Shown: positions 1-9,034, numbered from the stretch's first letter. The stretch: 64,000 nucleotides of DNA from Candidatus Buchananbacteria bacterium (GCA_041666945.1 JBAYFY010000004.1:6226-70225), one strand, 5' to 3'. A program made the numbers and translations. The notes: generated by a model from the sequence alone, not told the origin.

Positions 1-5
1 AGTTA

Positions 6-50
6 TTAGTATGCAAATTCCGCTATCGCCCCGGGGCTTGCCCGGGGCTA
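6..50 (-). repeat. ~45-bp dispersed palindromic element, copy 1 (copy 2 at 58036-58078)
   Basis: Reverse complement reads CCCCGGGCAAGCCCCGGGGCGATAGCGGAATTTGCATACTAA; copy 2 reads CCCCGGGGCAAACCCGGGGGTGATAGGGGAACTTACGTACTAA. Confidence 0.7.
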
Positions 51-60
51 TATTTTATTT

Positions 61-118
61 ACTTATTACTTATTACTTATTACTTATTTCTTGTTACTTG
101 TTTCTTGTTACCTGTTAC
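61..118. repeat. 7-bp tandem repeat (TTATTAC/TTGTTAC)n
   Basis: acttattacttattacttattacttatt followed by degenerate cttgttac units, downstream of rlmN. Confidence 0.8.
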
Positions 119-1143
119 CTCTTTCTTTTCCCCGCCAACTGACCGCAAGCGCCGGCAATATCTCCGCCCAAGGACTTGCGAATAGTCGTTTCAATGCCGG
201 AACGATTTAGAATCGCCTTAAAATGTTTAATTTGTTCCGGCAGCGAGGCCTTAAACCGACGGCTGATCGCGCCGGAACGGGTAATGATCGGGTTATACGG
301 GATCAAATTAACCATGACTAATTTCTTTGGCAACTTTTCCAATAATTCAACCAATTCCTTGGCTTGCTGGTCGCTGTCATTAACGCCGTCAATCATTACA
401 TATTCAAACATTAATTTCCGGCCCTTTTCTTTCAGATAAAGCTTGAGCTGATGGAATAATTCTTCCAATTTATAGCTTGAAGCGATCGGCATTAATTCCC
501 GCCGCAACTCGTCATTTGGCGCGTGCAAAGAAATCGCCAAATTAATCTGCAAAGGATAATGAATGATGTTTTTTAGGCCTTCAATCAAACCGCAAGTGGA
601 GACGGAGATAGATCGCGCCGCCAAACCGAAACCGTCTTTATCATTAAGCAAGCCAATCGCCGCCGCGACGTTCTGCCAATTCAAAAGCGGCTCACCCATG
701 CCCATAAACACCACATTATCTATCTTTTTGTTTTCAAGTTTAAGTTGGCGGGCAAAGTAAATCACCTGTTCAGTGATTTCTTCTGTCGTCAGATTGCGTT
801 CAAATCCTCCTTGGCCGGTAGCGCAAAACAGGCAGCCCAAAGGACAGCCGACCTGGGAAGAAACGCAAACCGTATAACGGCCGTCTGCGTTATAAAGCAA
901 TACTGTTTCAATCAAGGCGCCATCGGATAATTTAATCAGCGCCTTGCGGCTTAAACCGCTTGCCGTTTCCGTGGCGTTGATTCCCAAAGGGCAGTCATCC
1001 TTCAGTTTTTGTTTTAAAGCGGCAGGCAGATTAGTGGCTTCATCCCAATCGCCGATTAATTTCAAATACACCGCTTGCTTGATTTGCTTCAAGCGATAAG
1101 CGGGTTGATTGGCTAATATTTTGTTTAGGGCTGATAAATCCAT
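115..1143 (-). CDS. rlmN: 23S rRNA m2A2503 / tRNA radical SAM methyltransferase RlmN
   Basis: CVSSQVGCPLGCLFCATG (CxxxCxxC), VFMGMGEPL, SLHAP and C-terminal DIAGACGQL. Start moved from 1167 to the ATG at 1143 (MDLSAL). Confidence 0.95.
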   Translation of the reverse strand: MDLSALNKILANQPAYRLKQIKQAVYLKLIGDWDEATNLPAALKQKLKDDCPLGINATETASGLSRKALIKLSDGALIETVLLYNADGRYTVCVSSQVGCPLGCLFCATGQGGFERNLTTEEITEQVIYFARQLKLENKKIDNVVFMGMGEPLLNWQNVAAAIGLLNDKDGFGLAARSISVSTCGLIEGLKNIIHYPLQINLAISLHAPNDELRRELMPIASSYKLEELFHQLKLYLKEKGRKLMFEYVMIDGVNDSDQQAKELVELLEKLPKKLVMVNLIPYNPIITRSGAISRRFKASLPEQIKHFKAILNRSGIETTIRKSLGGDIAGACGQLAGKRKR

Positions 1144-1151
1144 AGCGATGC

Positions 1152-1181
1152 AAAAAGTCCCGCGCAAGGCGGGAGCTTTTT
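1152..1181. terminator. probable intrinsic terminator after rpsT
   Basis: AAAAAG-TCCCGC-GCAAG-GCGGGA-GCTTTTT hairpin with A/T tails. Confidence 0.55.
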
Positions 1182-1444
1182 TATTTCATCAAAGAATTTA
1201 ATTTCTTCATCAACTTTGATTTCTTGCGGGCGGCGGCATTCTTGGCAATGATTTTTTTGCCGGCGGCCTTGTCAATCGCCTTAATGGCGGCTTTGACCTT
1301 GTCTGCGGCTTGCTTTTCTTTGGCCGCGATCATTTTCTGCGAGTCCTTGACCAAATCCTTAATGGCGTGTTGGACTTTGTAATTTCTTAAGGCGCGTTTG
1401 GCGCTTTGGCGCAAGGCCTTGGCGGCGCTTTTTTTATTAGGCAT
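1181..1444 (-). CDS. rpsT: 30S ribosomal protein S20
   Basis: MPNKKSAAKALRQS...IDKAA.K.II.KN.AARKKS.L; 87 aa, basic. Confidence 0.97.
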   Translation of the reverse strand: MPNKKSAAKALRQSAKRALRNYKVQHAIKDLVKDSQKMIAAKEKQAADKVKAAIKAIDKAAGKKIIAKNAAARKKSKLMKKLNSLMK

Positions 1445-1583
1445 ATTGATTTAGTTTATAGCTTACGGCTGACGGCTTATAGTCGATAATTACAGGCCTC
1501 AACAACCCTAAGTGACTGAAAATTATTAATTAATTTTATTGGAGTTTGAGATAATAATAACATCCAAAAGCAGAAAAGTCAAA

Positions 1584-1666
1584 TGCCGAGGGGGAGAATC
1601 GAACTCCCATGGGACAAGCCCACATGCTCCTAAGGCATGCGTGTCTACCAATTTCACCACCTCGGC
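1584..1666 (-). tRNA. tRNA-Leu(TAG)
   Basis: GCCGAGGTGGTGAAATTGGTAGACACGCATGCCTTAGGAGCATG...GTTCGATTCTCCCCCTCGGCA; anticodon stem CATGC/GCATG, loop CTTAGGA, long variable arm, no encoded CCA. Confidence 0.95.
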
Positions 1667-1903
1667 GGAAATTGATTGAATTATAGCATTTAAAACGGAA
1701 AAAATCAACCCTCCGGCGCCGCCAGCCGGGACTTGACAAAATTAAAAAAGAGGCGTAAAATAATAAATCAAATCAACCGACGATTCGGCCCCTTAAACCG
1801 GACTTGCATTAATCCCAAAACCATTGACTCCGGCATCCCTTTCGGTTAAACTTTAATTGTTTGCGGCAAATCTTGCATTCTTCACTAAAAAACACTTAAA
1901 AAT

Positions 1904-3124
1904 ATGAAAAAACTCATTATTGCAATCATCTGCGGCGCCGGCCTGCTTGCTGTTTCTCAATCAGCTTGGGCCTATACCGCCACTGAAGGCAGTTTAATCA
2001 AAACCAGCAATAACCCGGCCGTTTATTACATTGACGACAGTGGTTATCGCCACCTTTTTCCCAACCAAGCGGTTTTTTTCAGTTGGTACAAAGGTTCCTG
2101 GAGCGACCAATACATCACTGTTGTGACCGCTAACGAATTGTTGCAAATTCCGGCGGGAAAAAACGTAACAGTCAAACCGGGCTACGCCCTGATCCATTTT
2201 GACAACAGCTTAAGAATGTACGCCGTTCTGCCCGGCGGCAGATTATGCCGCGCTCCGGCCCATTACAATAATTACCAATACAATCGCGCCCTGATTCTTC
2301 CGGCCGGCTTTGAAAGCGATTACGACAACGACGGCTCCTGCGATATTACCGAAAATCAAAAACTGCCCGACGGCACGCTGTTAAGATACGCCGGATCCAA
2401 TGAGGTTTATTACATTCAGAACAGCCAAAAAAGACACGTAACCGAGGCCGGATTTAACGCCAATAATTTCCGTTGGGATTCAGTGATTGAAAACGTCAGC
2501 GCCTCCATGTATTACCCCGACGGCGGAACCATTTCCTCTCGTGAAGACAATATTTACAGCATTAATTATAATTTAGGCAGCAATTACCGCAACAGTTACA
2601 ATTACAGTTGCAGTGAAAATTGGACTTGCTACGCCTGGAGCGCCTGTTCCAACGGTTCGCAACACCGCAACTGCTTGGACAGCAACAGCTGCGGCACGAC
2701 TTACAACAAGCCGGCTACTTCCCAGGCCTGCTACACTTGCAATGAAAATTGGACCTGCAGTTCCTGGTCCTCCTGCTCTTACGGCAAACAATATCGCACC
2801 TGCTGGGACAACAACAGTTGCGGCACCACGGTCAGCAAACCTGTCACTTCCCAAACCTGCCACACCTGCAATGAAAGCTGGACCTGCAATTCCTGGTCAA
2901 CTTGTTCATCCAATAATCAATATAGAAATTGCTGGGACAACAACAGTTGCGGCACGACTTACAACAAGCCGGCCACTTCCCAAACCTGCTACAGTTGCAA
3001 CGAAAGCTGGAGCTGCACTTCCTGGAGCGTCTGCTCCAACGGCGTGAAATACAGGGAATGCTTGGACACCAATCGTTGCGGCACGACAGCCGGCAAACCG
3101 CTTGAATCACAAACCTGCTATTAA
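1904..3124 (+). CDS. secreted protein with two (E/D)G(S/T)L(I/L)-VYYI repeat domains and four C-terminal Cys/Trp-rich 43-aa repeats
   Basis: Signal peptide ending AWA. Domains EGSLIKTSNNPAVYYI and DGTLLRYAGSNEVYYI. Four CxExWxCxxWSxCSxxxxxRxCxDxNxCGTT repeats. Confidence 0.85.
   Translation: MKKLIIAIICGAGLLAVSQSAWAYTATEGSLIKTSNNPAVYYIDDSGYRHLFPNQAVFFSWYKGSWSDQYITVVTANELLQIPAGKNVTVKPGYALIHFDNSLRMYAVLPGGRLCRAPAHYNNYQYNRALILPAGFESDYDNDGSCDITENQKLPDGTLLRYAGSNEVYYIQNSQKRHVTEAGFNANNFRWDSVIENVSASMYYPDGGTISSREDNIYSINYNLGSNYRNSYNYSCSENWTCYAWSACSNGSQHRNCLDSNSCGTTYNKPATSQACYTCNENWTCSSWSSCSYGKQYRTCWDNNSCGTTVSKPVTSQTCHTCNESWTCNSWSTCSSNNQYRNCWDNNSCGTTYNKPATSQTCYSCNESWSCTSWSVCSNGVKYRECLDTNRCGTTAGKPLESQTCY
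2609..3121 (+). repeat. four ~129-bp coding tandem repeats (Cys-rich module)
   Basis: Recurring gacaacaacagttgcggcac and acaacaagccggc.acttccca blocks at a 129-bp period. Confidence 0.85.
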
Positions 3125-3219
3125 TTCCGAATCTAACGGTAAACCAACCAAGAGAAAGCCCGGTGTTTAGCCGGAGCTTTTTCTTTTAGCGGTTTTAATG
3201 CTAAAATGAAATCACTTAT

Positions 3220-4308
3220 ATGAAATATATTTTTATTTTGGGCAATAATCCGGAACTGTCCGCGGCGGAAATCAAGGCCGTCCTGCCTCAAGCAAAAATC
3301 CTCAAGCAAAATCAATATTTTTTAGCGGCGGATCATCCCCGAATTGATTGTTCGGAATTAATGAAGCGCCTGGGCGGAACCATTAAGATCGGCTTGGTCT
3401 TGGGCGATCGGCCGGAAGCCGAGCCGATAATGGCTTCGGCCATGTCCAAAGTCAACGGCCGTTTTAATTTCGGCTTAAGTTTTTACGGCCGCAAACCTGA
3501 TAACTGGGGATTGAACGTCAAAAAACAACTGAAAGAGCAGGGTATTGCTTCTCGCTTAGTGACCAGCCGCGAACCGGCTTTGTCTGCCGTGATTGTCACC
3601 AAAGAAAAATGCCAAGATTACATCATTGCTCCGGGCTTTTTCGCCTCAACCTGCGCCGTGCAGGATTTTAAGGAATTCGGCAAACGCGACTTCGGCCGGC
3701 CGGCGGCTGACGCTTATTCGGGCATGTTGCCGCCTAAAGCCGCCAAGATGATGCTTAATCTTAGCGGGGCCAAGCCGGCTGATACTATCCTGGATCCGTT
3801 CTGCGGCTCCGGCACCATTCTCTCCGAAGCCCTGGCCATGGGCTACGCCAATTTAATCGGCACGGACCTGTCAGAGAAAGCGGTCAGCGACAGCAAAAAA
3901 AATCTGCAGTGGCTGGCTGAAGAATTGGCGATTAAAAATCATGGGATAAGGATTGAAAAACTTGACGTCAGGGAGCTGTCAAAAATTTTCAACAACATTG
4001 ATGCTATTGTCACCGAGCCGTATTTGGGCAAACCCATCAGGGGCAATGAGAATGCCGAGCAAATAAACTCAATCATCGCTGAATTATCCGATTTATACTT
4101 AAGCGCGTTCCAGCAATTCAAAAAAATCTTGGCCAAAAGCGGCAAAATCGTCATAATCTTTCCCGAATGGCATTTGCATGACAAAATCTACCGCTTGAAC
4201 ATCAGCGAGCGCGTCTCTCGTCTCGGCTTTAAGCGCTTAGACGGCGGGAATTTGTATTATAAACGCGAAGATCAAAAAGTTTGGCGCAACATAACCATCT
4301 GGCAATAA
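3220..4308 (+). CDS. Trm11-like SAM-dependent RNA methyltransferase
   Basis: GMLPPKAAKMMLNL, LDPFCGSGTI (motif I), IVTEPYLG (variant motif IV), N-terminal RLGGTIKI segment. Confidence 0.75.
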   Translation: MKYIFILGNNPELSAAEIKAVLPQAKILKQNQYFLAADHPRIDCSELMKRLGGTIKIGLVLGDRPEAEPIMASAMSKVNGRFNFGLSFYGRKPDNWGLNVKKQLKEQGIASRLVTSREPALSAVIVTKEKCQDYIIAPGFFASTCAVQDFKEFGKRDFGRPAADAYSGMLPPKAAKMMLNLSGAKPADTILDPFCGSGTILSEALAMGYANLIGTDLSEKAVSDSKKNLQWLAEELAIKNHGIRIEKLDVRELSKIFNNIDAIVTEPYLGKPIRGNENAEQINSIIAELSDLYLSAFQQFKKILAKSGKIVIIFPEWHLHDKIYRLNISERVSRLGFKRLDGGNLYYKREDQKVWRNITIWQ

Positions 4309-4340
4309 CTTGAGCTGTCGTTCCTGGTTTTTATCCTCTT

Positions 4341-4697
4341 CATCATTCCCGCATACCCTGCCTACCGGCAGACAGGGGCGGGAATCCATTATTTATGGTT
4401 TTTAACTTCTTGGATCACCGCCTGCGCGGGGATGACGAAAACTGGATCCCCGCCTACGCGGGGATGACGAAGCGGTAAATGCTATCGCGGGAATGACGAA
4501 AACTGGATCCCCGCCTACGCGGGGATGACGAAGCGGTAAATGCTATCGCGGGAATGACGAAGCAGTAAGTGCTATAAATTTGAATCCCCGCCTGCGCGGG
4601 GATGACGAGTTGGATCCCCGCCTACGCGGGGATGACGAAGCGGTAAATGCTATCGCGGGAATGACGAGTTGGATCCACTCCTACGCGGGGATGACGG
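4341..4697 (-). repeat. REP/BIME-like mosaic array of GTCATCCCCGCGNAGGCGGGGATCC palindromes
   Basis: Six full or near-full GGATCCCCGCCT(A/G)CGCGGGGATGAC units, three half units (CGCGGGAATGAC) and recurring spacers GAAAACT, GAGTT and GAAGCGGTAAATGCTAT. One opposite-orientation unit at 4341-4387. Confidence 0.9.
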
Positions 4698-4713
4698 TAA
4701 AAAAATTATTGAA

Positions 4714-5193
4714 ATGATAAAAATGTTTAATAAGTTAAACTATTTGCGTAGCAATAGAATCACGCAAGTAAAGTTGCCTATCTCCGCCGCGGCTCAAGAA
4801 TTGTCCGCGGCGCTTTTGGTCGCCACCGATTATGGGCAACGGCAACAACTGGGCGAATCATTGTTGGATGAACTTTGCGATGCGGCCAATATGGACATCG
4901 TCCATCTGACAATCAATGACACCAACCAAAAACATCGCCGCCGCAACGGCCGGATCGTCATGAAACGCTACGGCCTATACAAAGTCCGCGATCACGCCAT
5001 CTGTATAGAAAACCGCACGGCCGCGCGCGGACAAATAATTTCGGCCAAAAGCTTCTTAGACACTCTCTTGCATGAATGGTTGCACCACTACGACACTCTG
5101 AAATTAAAATTAAATTCCATCCATTCCAGCGGCTTTTATAGCCGGCTTAATGACTTAAAGGAAAAATTACGCATACCAAAAAAGAGTCAATAA
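4714..5193 (+). CDS. HExxH zincin-like (SprT-like) hypothetical protein
   Basis: FLDTLLHEWLHH followed by SIHSSGFY (third-ligand His). ATG at 4714 or 4723; the listed 4669 start lies inside the repeat array. Confidence 0.7.
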   Translation: MIKMFNKLNYLRSNRITQVKLPISAAAQELSAALLVATDYGQRQQLGESLLDELCDAANMDIVHLTINDTNQKHRRRNGRIVMKRYGLYKVRDHAICIENRTAARGQIISAKSFLDTLLHEWLHHYDTLKLKLNSIHSSGFYSRLNDLKEKLRIPKKSQ

Positions 5194-5243
5194 CGGCTCT
5201 TTTTTGTTTAATTTTAAACATTTTATGGTTGTCTGTAATCATC

Positions 5244-5272
5244 TTGACAAAAATTTGAGTATGTGATATAAT
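5244..5272 (+). promoter_or_regulatory. sigma70 promoter (TTGACA-N17-TATAAT, extended TG)
   Basis: TTGACA at 5244-5249 and TATAAT at 5267-5272, upstream of the SD-led ORF at 5351. Confidence 0.85.
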
Positions 5273-5350
5273 TGATTATTGACTTAGATCAGTTATGAGT
5301 CATAACGGACATTACAAAATTATCACGTAACAATACCGGAGGGATTAGGG

Positions 5351-5914
5351 ATGGAAACCGTCAGGCATTTTTTAGGATTTATGGCAGGAGTACTATTCAT
5401 AATAGGACTCGTGCCTTACGGCAGGGCCATTATTAAGGGCGAGACAAAGCCATCAAAAACATCTTGGATTATTTGGTTTTCTATTGATCTGCTGGCCTTT
5501 GGCGGCATGATTGCTGCCGATACGCTTAACGGCCAAATGATCGGCGTAATCTTAGGCGCCGGATTAATCCTGTTATTAACTCTCATCTACGGGGAAAACA
5601 AATGGACTAAACTGGATAAATTCTGTTTATTCGGCGCAACCGTTGGATTGGCTCTGTGGCTATTGTTTGATAATCCTCTTTTGGCGATTATAATCAGCGC
5701 TATTATTGGTATAATAGGATCAATTCCCACCTTTGTTTTTGCCTGGCGGGATCCAAGTCGAGAGAACAAGCTGGCCTGGACAATTTTCTGGCTATCTTGC
5801 GTTTGTGCCGTATCGGCCATCCCGCATCTGACTGCCGCTGATATTATCCAGCCGGTTAGCTTTCTCTTGATTGAATCGATAATGATGTTTATCTTGTACT
5901 TCAAAAAGGCCTGA
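5351..5914 (+). CDS. hypothetical multi-pass membrane protein
   Basis: About 7 hydrophobic segments, KGETKPSKTSWIIW and PSRENKLAW motifs, SD GGAGGG. Confidence 0.8.
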   Translation: METVRHFLGFMAGVLFIIGLVPYGRAIIKGETKPSKTSWIIWFSIDLLAFGGMIAADTLNGQMIGVILGAGLILLLTLIYGENKWTKLDKFCLFGATVGLALWLLFDNPLLAIIISAIIGIIGSIPTFVFAWRDPSRENKLAWTIFWLSCVCAVSAIPHLTAADIIQPVSFLLIESIMMFILYFKKA

Positions 5915-5933
5915 AACAGGAGGACAAATCGCC

Positions 5934-6434
5934 ATGAAATCTTATGAATCTGATAGGGTAAATAGTGTAGTTATTTTTGTCTTTGCCGTTTTAAGCGGCA
6001 TCATATTTTTTGCCTTTGGGACGGGGTTTCTTGCATCATTGTTACTCGCCATGCTATTTGCGGTGGTCGGATTTGCCATGCTTGTCTACCTTAATCAAAG
6101 CCAAGTACGGCCGAAAAATGACAGGCAAGATTCGGCATATCCTATCAGGCCATCCGATATTAATGCCACAAGACATCTATTTGATGCTTTCGGACATTAC
6201 GAAACGGAAATTTCAGCCGTATTACTGGTAGGACTGGCTCAAGAAAACGGTGATTGGCGCGATTTTACCAAAGCGGAAATCGATGAATTCAGCGGGCAGG
6301 ATTTCTATTTCAACCGGCTGACGTCCAGTGGAAAACCACCGATCAAAAAAAATGGTGACGGCACTTTTTCCTTTACTCATGAATTTATCGCCAGATGCTT
6401 TCAGGTGTCACCGGCCAATAACCAGGTAATTTAG
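5934..6434 (+). CDS. hypothetical protein, two N-terminal TM helices plus soluble domain
   Basis: 166-aa ORF with SD AGGAGG and a hydrophobic N-terminus. Confidence 0.75.
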   Translation: MKSYESDRVNSVVIFVFAVLSGIIFFAFGTGFLASLLLAMLFAVVGFAMLVYLNQSQVRPKNDRQDSAYPIRPSDINATRHLFDAFGHYETEISAVLLVGLAQENGDWRDFTKAEIDEFSGQDFYFNRLTSSGKPPIKKNGDGTFSFTHEFIARCFQVSPANNQVI

Positions 6435-6447
6435 TAATGCACAAACA

Positions 6448-6486
6448 CATCCCCGCGAGGTTTTCCTTGCGGGGATGATTTATTTT
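6448..6486 (+). terminator. intrinsic terminator
   Basis: CATCCCCGCGAGG-TTTT-CCTTGCGGGGATG then ATTTATTTTT. Confidence 0.75.
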
Positions 6487-6530
6487 TAAAAATAATGAAT
6501 ATAAAAAAACCGGCTTAACGCCGGAATTTT

Positions 6531-7769
6531 TTATTTTCTTTTTACCTTTACAAATTGCCTCCGTCCTCGTTGCAACAATAATCCGTCAGCCGGTATGGCC
6601 GTTTCAAATTCATGATGCGCTACTATTTGATCGTCAATTTTCAACGCTTTCTCTTTGATCAGCCGTCGGGCCTCACTGGACGAGGCGACCAGCCCCGCCT
6701 GCAAAAACAAATCAGTCACGCCGGTCTTGCCTTTCGCCTCCACTATAATTTCCGGCATTTCCGCCGGTTTTTCTTTTTCCTGCACCACCCGCTTGAAGTA
6801 TTCCCGGCCCCGATCAGCCGCATGTTTTCCCAAATAAATCTCCACGATATTATAAGCCAAATCCATCTTGGCATCGCGAGGATTAACGGCTCCTGATTTC
6901 AATTTAGCCGCCACGTCTTGGACCAATTCCATCGGCACATCAGTCAGTATCTCCAAGGCCGGCGCGATCATCCCGTCGGTCCAACTCATCACCTTGCCGA
7001 ACATATCCTCGGGACTGTCAGTCAAGGCAATCATATTGCCTTCGGTCTTGCCCATCTTTTTTCCTGTCGGATCGGCCAAAAGCTTCAAGGTCAGCACGCA
7101 TTTGTCTTTATTTTTCATTTTTTTCATCAACGTCCGGCCGGCCAGCATGTTAAACATCTGATCATTGCCGCCGATTTCCAAATCCACGTCCAGGGCCACG
7201 CTGTCATACGCCTGCATCAGAGGATACATGAATTCATTGAGATACAAATCCTTGCCCTCGGCCATTCTTTTTTGGAACATATCGCGCGCCAGCATTTGTT
7301 GGGCGGTAAAATAAGAAGTCAGTTGAATGATCTGGGAGAATCTCAACCGTGACAGCCAAGAATAATTATTCTTGAAAGCGGTTTTTTTAACATCAATCAG
7401 ATTAACGATTTGTTTTTTCCAACCGCGCATATTGCCGTTGACCTGCGCGGCGGTCAGCGCCTTGCGCGCCTGGGCTTTATCCGTCGGATCGCCGATCATA
7501 GCGGTAAAACCGCCGAACAAAAAAATCACTTCGTGGCCCAAACGCTGGAACTGCGCCAATTTGCGGATGGCAATGGCGTTACCCAAATGCAAAGAGGCGG
7601 CGGTCGGATCAAAACCGCAATACAAACGGATTTTTTTACCGGATAAAAGCAACTTTCTCAAGGTCTCCTTGTCGGGGAAAACTTGCTCTACCCCGCGCGT
7701 CAAAACATCGTCAATTATTTTTTTATCGGCGATAACTTTAGCGCGCCGGTATTTGATTAAATGCCTCAT
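6531..7769 (-). CDS. tyrS: tyrosyl-tRNA synthetase
   Basis: YCGFDPTAASLHLGN (HIGH), YPLMQAYD, GGNDQMFN, KMGKT (KMSKS), C-terminal S4 domain. Confidence 0.97.
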   Translation of the reverse strand: MRHLIKYRRAKVIADKKIIDDVLTRGVEQVFPDKETLRKLLLSGKKIRLYCGFDPTAASLHLGNAIAIRKLAQFQRLGHEVIFLFGGFTAMIGDPTDKAQARKALTAAQVNGNMRGWKKQIVNLIDVKKTAFKNNYSWLSRLRFSQIIQLTSYFTAQQMLARDMFQKRMAEGKDLYLNEFMYPLMQAYDSVALDVDLEIGGNDQMFNMLAGRTLMKKMKNKDKCVLTLKLLADPTGKKMGKTEGNMIALTDSPEDMFGKVMSWTDGMIAPALEILTDVPMELVQDVAAKLKSGAVNPRDAKMDLAYNIVEIYLGKHAADRGREYFKRVVQEKEKPAEMPEIIVEAKGKTGVTDLFLQAGLVASSSEARRLIKEKALKIDDQIVAHHEFETAIPADGLLLQRGRRQFVKVKRK

Positions 7770-7770
7770 A

Positions 7771-8721
7771 TTATTTTTTTACGCCCCAATCGGGAGTCGC
7801 CACTTTGCCTTTTTTGGCAGCTAAGTATTTATAAGCGGACAAAGCGGCTTTAGCGCCCTCGCCGGCGGCAATCGTCATTTGTTTGAATCCCACATCCGTG
7901 CAATCGCCGGCGGCAAATATTCCGGGCTGGCTGGTAGCTCCGACTTTATCGGTAATAATTTCCTTACGCTCGTTTAATTTGACCGTATCCTTGATCCAAT
8001 CGGTTCTGGGACTAAAACCGATTTCCACAAAAATACCGTCCACCGCCAATTCTTTCTCTTCATTAGTTTGCAAATCGTTATATTTAAGACCGGCAACCTT
8101 GTCAGAACCGACGACTGCCGTTACTTTCAAGCCGCAAATCACCTGTACATTCTTGAGCGCCTTAACCTCTTCCACCAAAGCCGCATCAGCCGCCGCATTG
8201 CAGGAATCGGACAACAAATAAACCTGCCTAACCAAGCGGGAAAGATACTCGGCGGCTTCTGACGCCGAATTGCCGCCGCCTATTACCGCCACGGTCTTGT
8301 TCTTAAACAACGGACCGTCGCAAGTGGCGCAATAGGACACGCCGCGGCCGGTCAATTCCTTTTCCTGCGGTACGCCCAAATCGCGCGGCGTTAAGCCGAA
8401 AGCCAAAATTACCGCTGCCGCCTGATATTCGGTTTGCGCGGTCTTTACGATAAAGACGCCGGAATTTTCCGTGACGCTTTGGACCTCGTCAGAGACAAAC
8501 TCAACACCCCATTTTTCCGCTTGAACTTTCATCCTCTGCGTCAATTCCAAACCGGTCGTGGACTCGGTGCCCGGCCAATTCTGCACTTCGTGCGCCAAAG
8601 CGGCTTGGCCGCCGACAGCTTTGGCAATCACCAACACTTTTAACTCGCGTCGGCGCGCGTAAATTGACGCGGTCAGGCCCGCCGGTCCGCCGCCGATTAT
8701 AATGACATCATAATTAGACAT
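7771..8721 (-). CDS. trxB: thioredoxin reductase
   Basis: GGGPAG, GRGVSYCATCDG, VIGGGNSA, GIFAAGD. Confidence 0.93.
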   Translation of the reverse strand: MSNYDVIIIGGGPAGLTASIYARRRELKVLVIAKAVGGQAALAHEVQNWPGTESTTGLELTQRMKVQAEKWGVEFVSDEVQSVTENSGVFIVKTAQTEYQAAAVILAFGLTPRDLGVPQEKELTGRGVSYCATCDGPLFKNKTVAVIGGGNSASEAAEYLSRLVRQVYLLSDSCNAAADAALVEEVKALKNVQVICGLKVTAVVGSDKVAGLKYNDLQTNEEKELAVDGIFVEIGFSPRTDWIKDTVKLNERKEIITDKVGATSQPGIFAAGDCTDVGFKQMTIAAGEGAKAALSAYKYLAAKKGKVATPDWGVKK

Positions 8722-9034
8722 ATTTTTCTATTTCCGCTTTAAGCTGTTCTTTGCCCTGCAAACCCATCATTGTGCTTTTGATTTCTCCGCCCTTAAAAAT
8801 AATCAGGGTCGGCACGGACATGATATTATATTTGCCGGCCGTTTCCGGATTGGCATCAACATCCATGGCGCCCACCTTGGCTTTAGCGCCTATTTCTTTG
8901 GCTAATTCTTCAATAATCGGGCCCTGCATCTTGCACGGACCGCACCAAGTGGCAAAAAAATCGACCAGTACGACCTGATCGCTTTTTAGCGCTTCGGCCT
9001 CAAAATTGGCATCGGTAAAAGTCATTTCTGACAT
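8714..9034 (-). CDS. trxA: thioredoxin
   Basis: VDFFATWCGPCK and cis-Pro motif SVPTL. Start moved to the ATG at 9034. Confidence 0.95.
   Translation of the reverse strand: MSEMTFTDANFEAEALKSDQVVLVDFFATWCGPCKMQGPIIEELAKEIGAKAKVGAMDVDANPETAGKYNIMSVPTLIIFKGGEIKSTMMGLQGKEQLKAEIEKYV

Noticed and set aside
1526-1739. Short ORFs 1526-1708 and 1536-1739
   Set aside because: They overlap tRNA-Leu.
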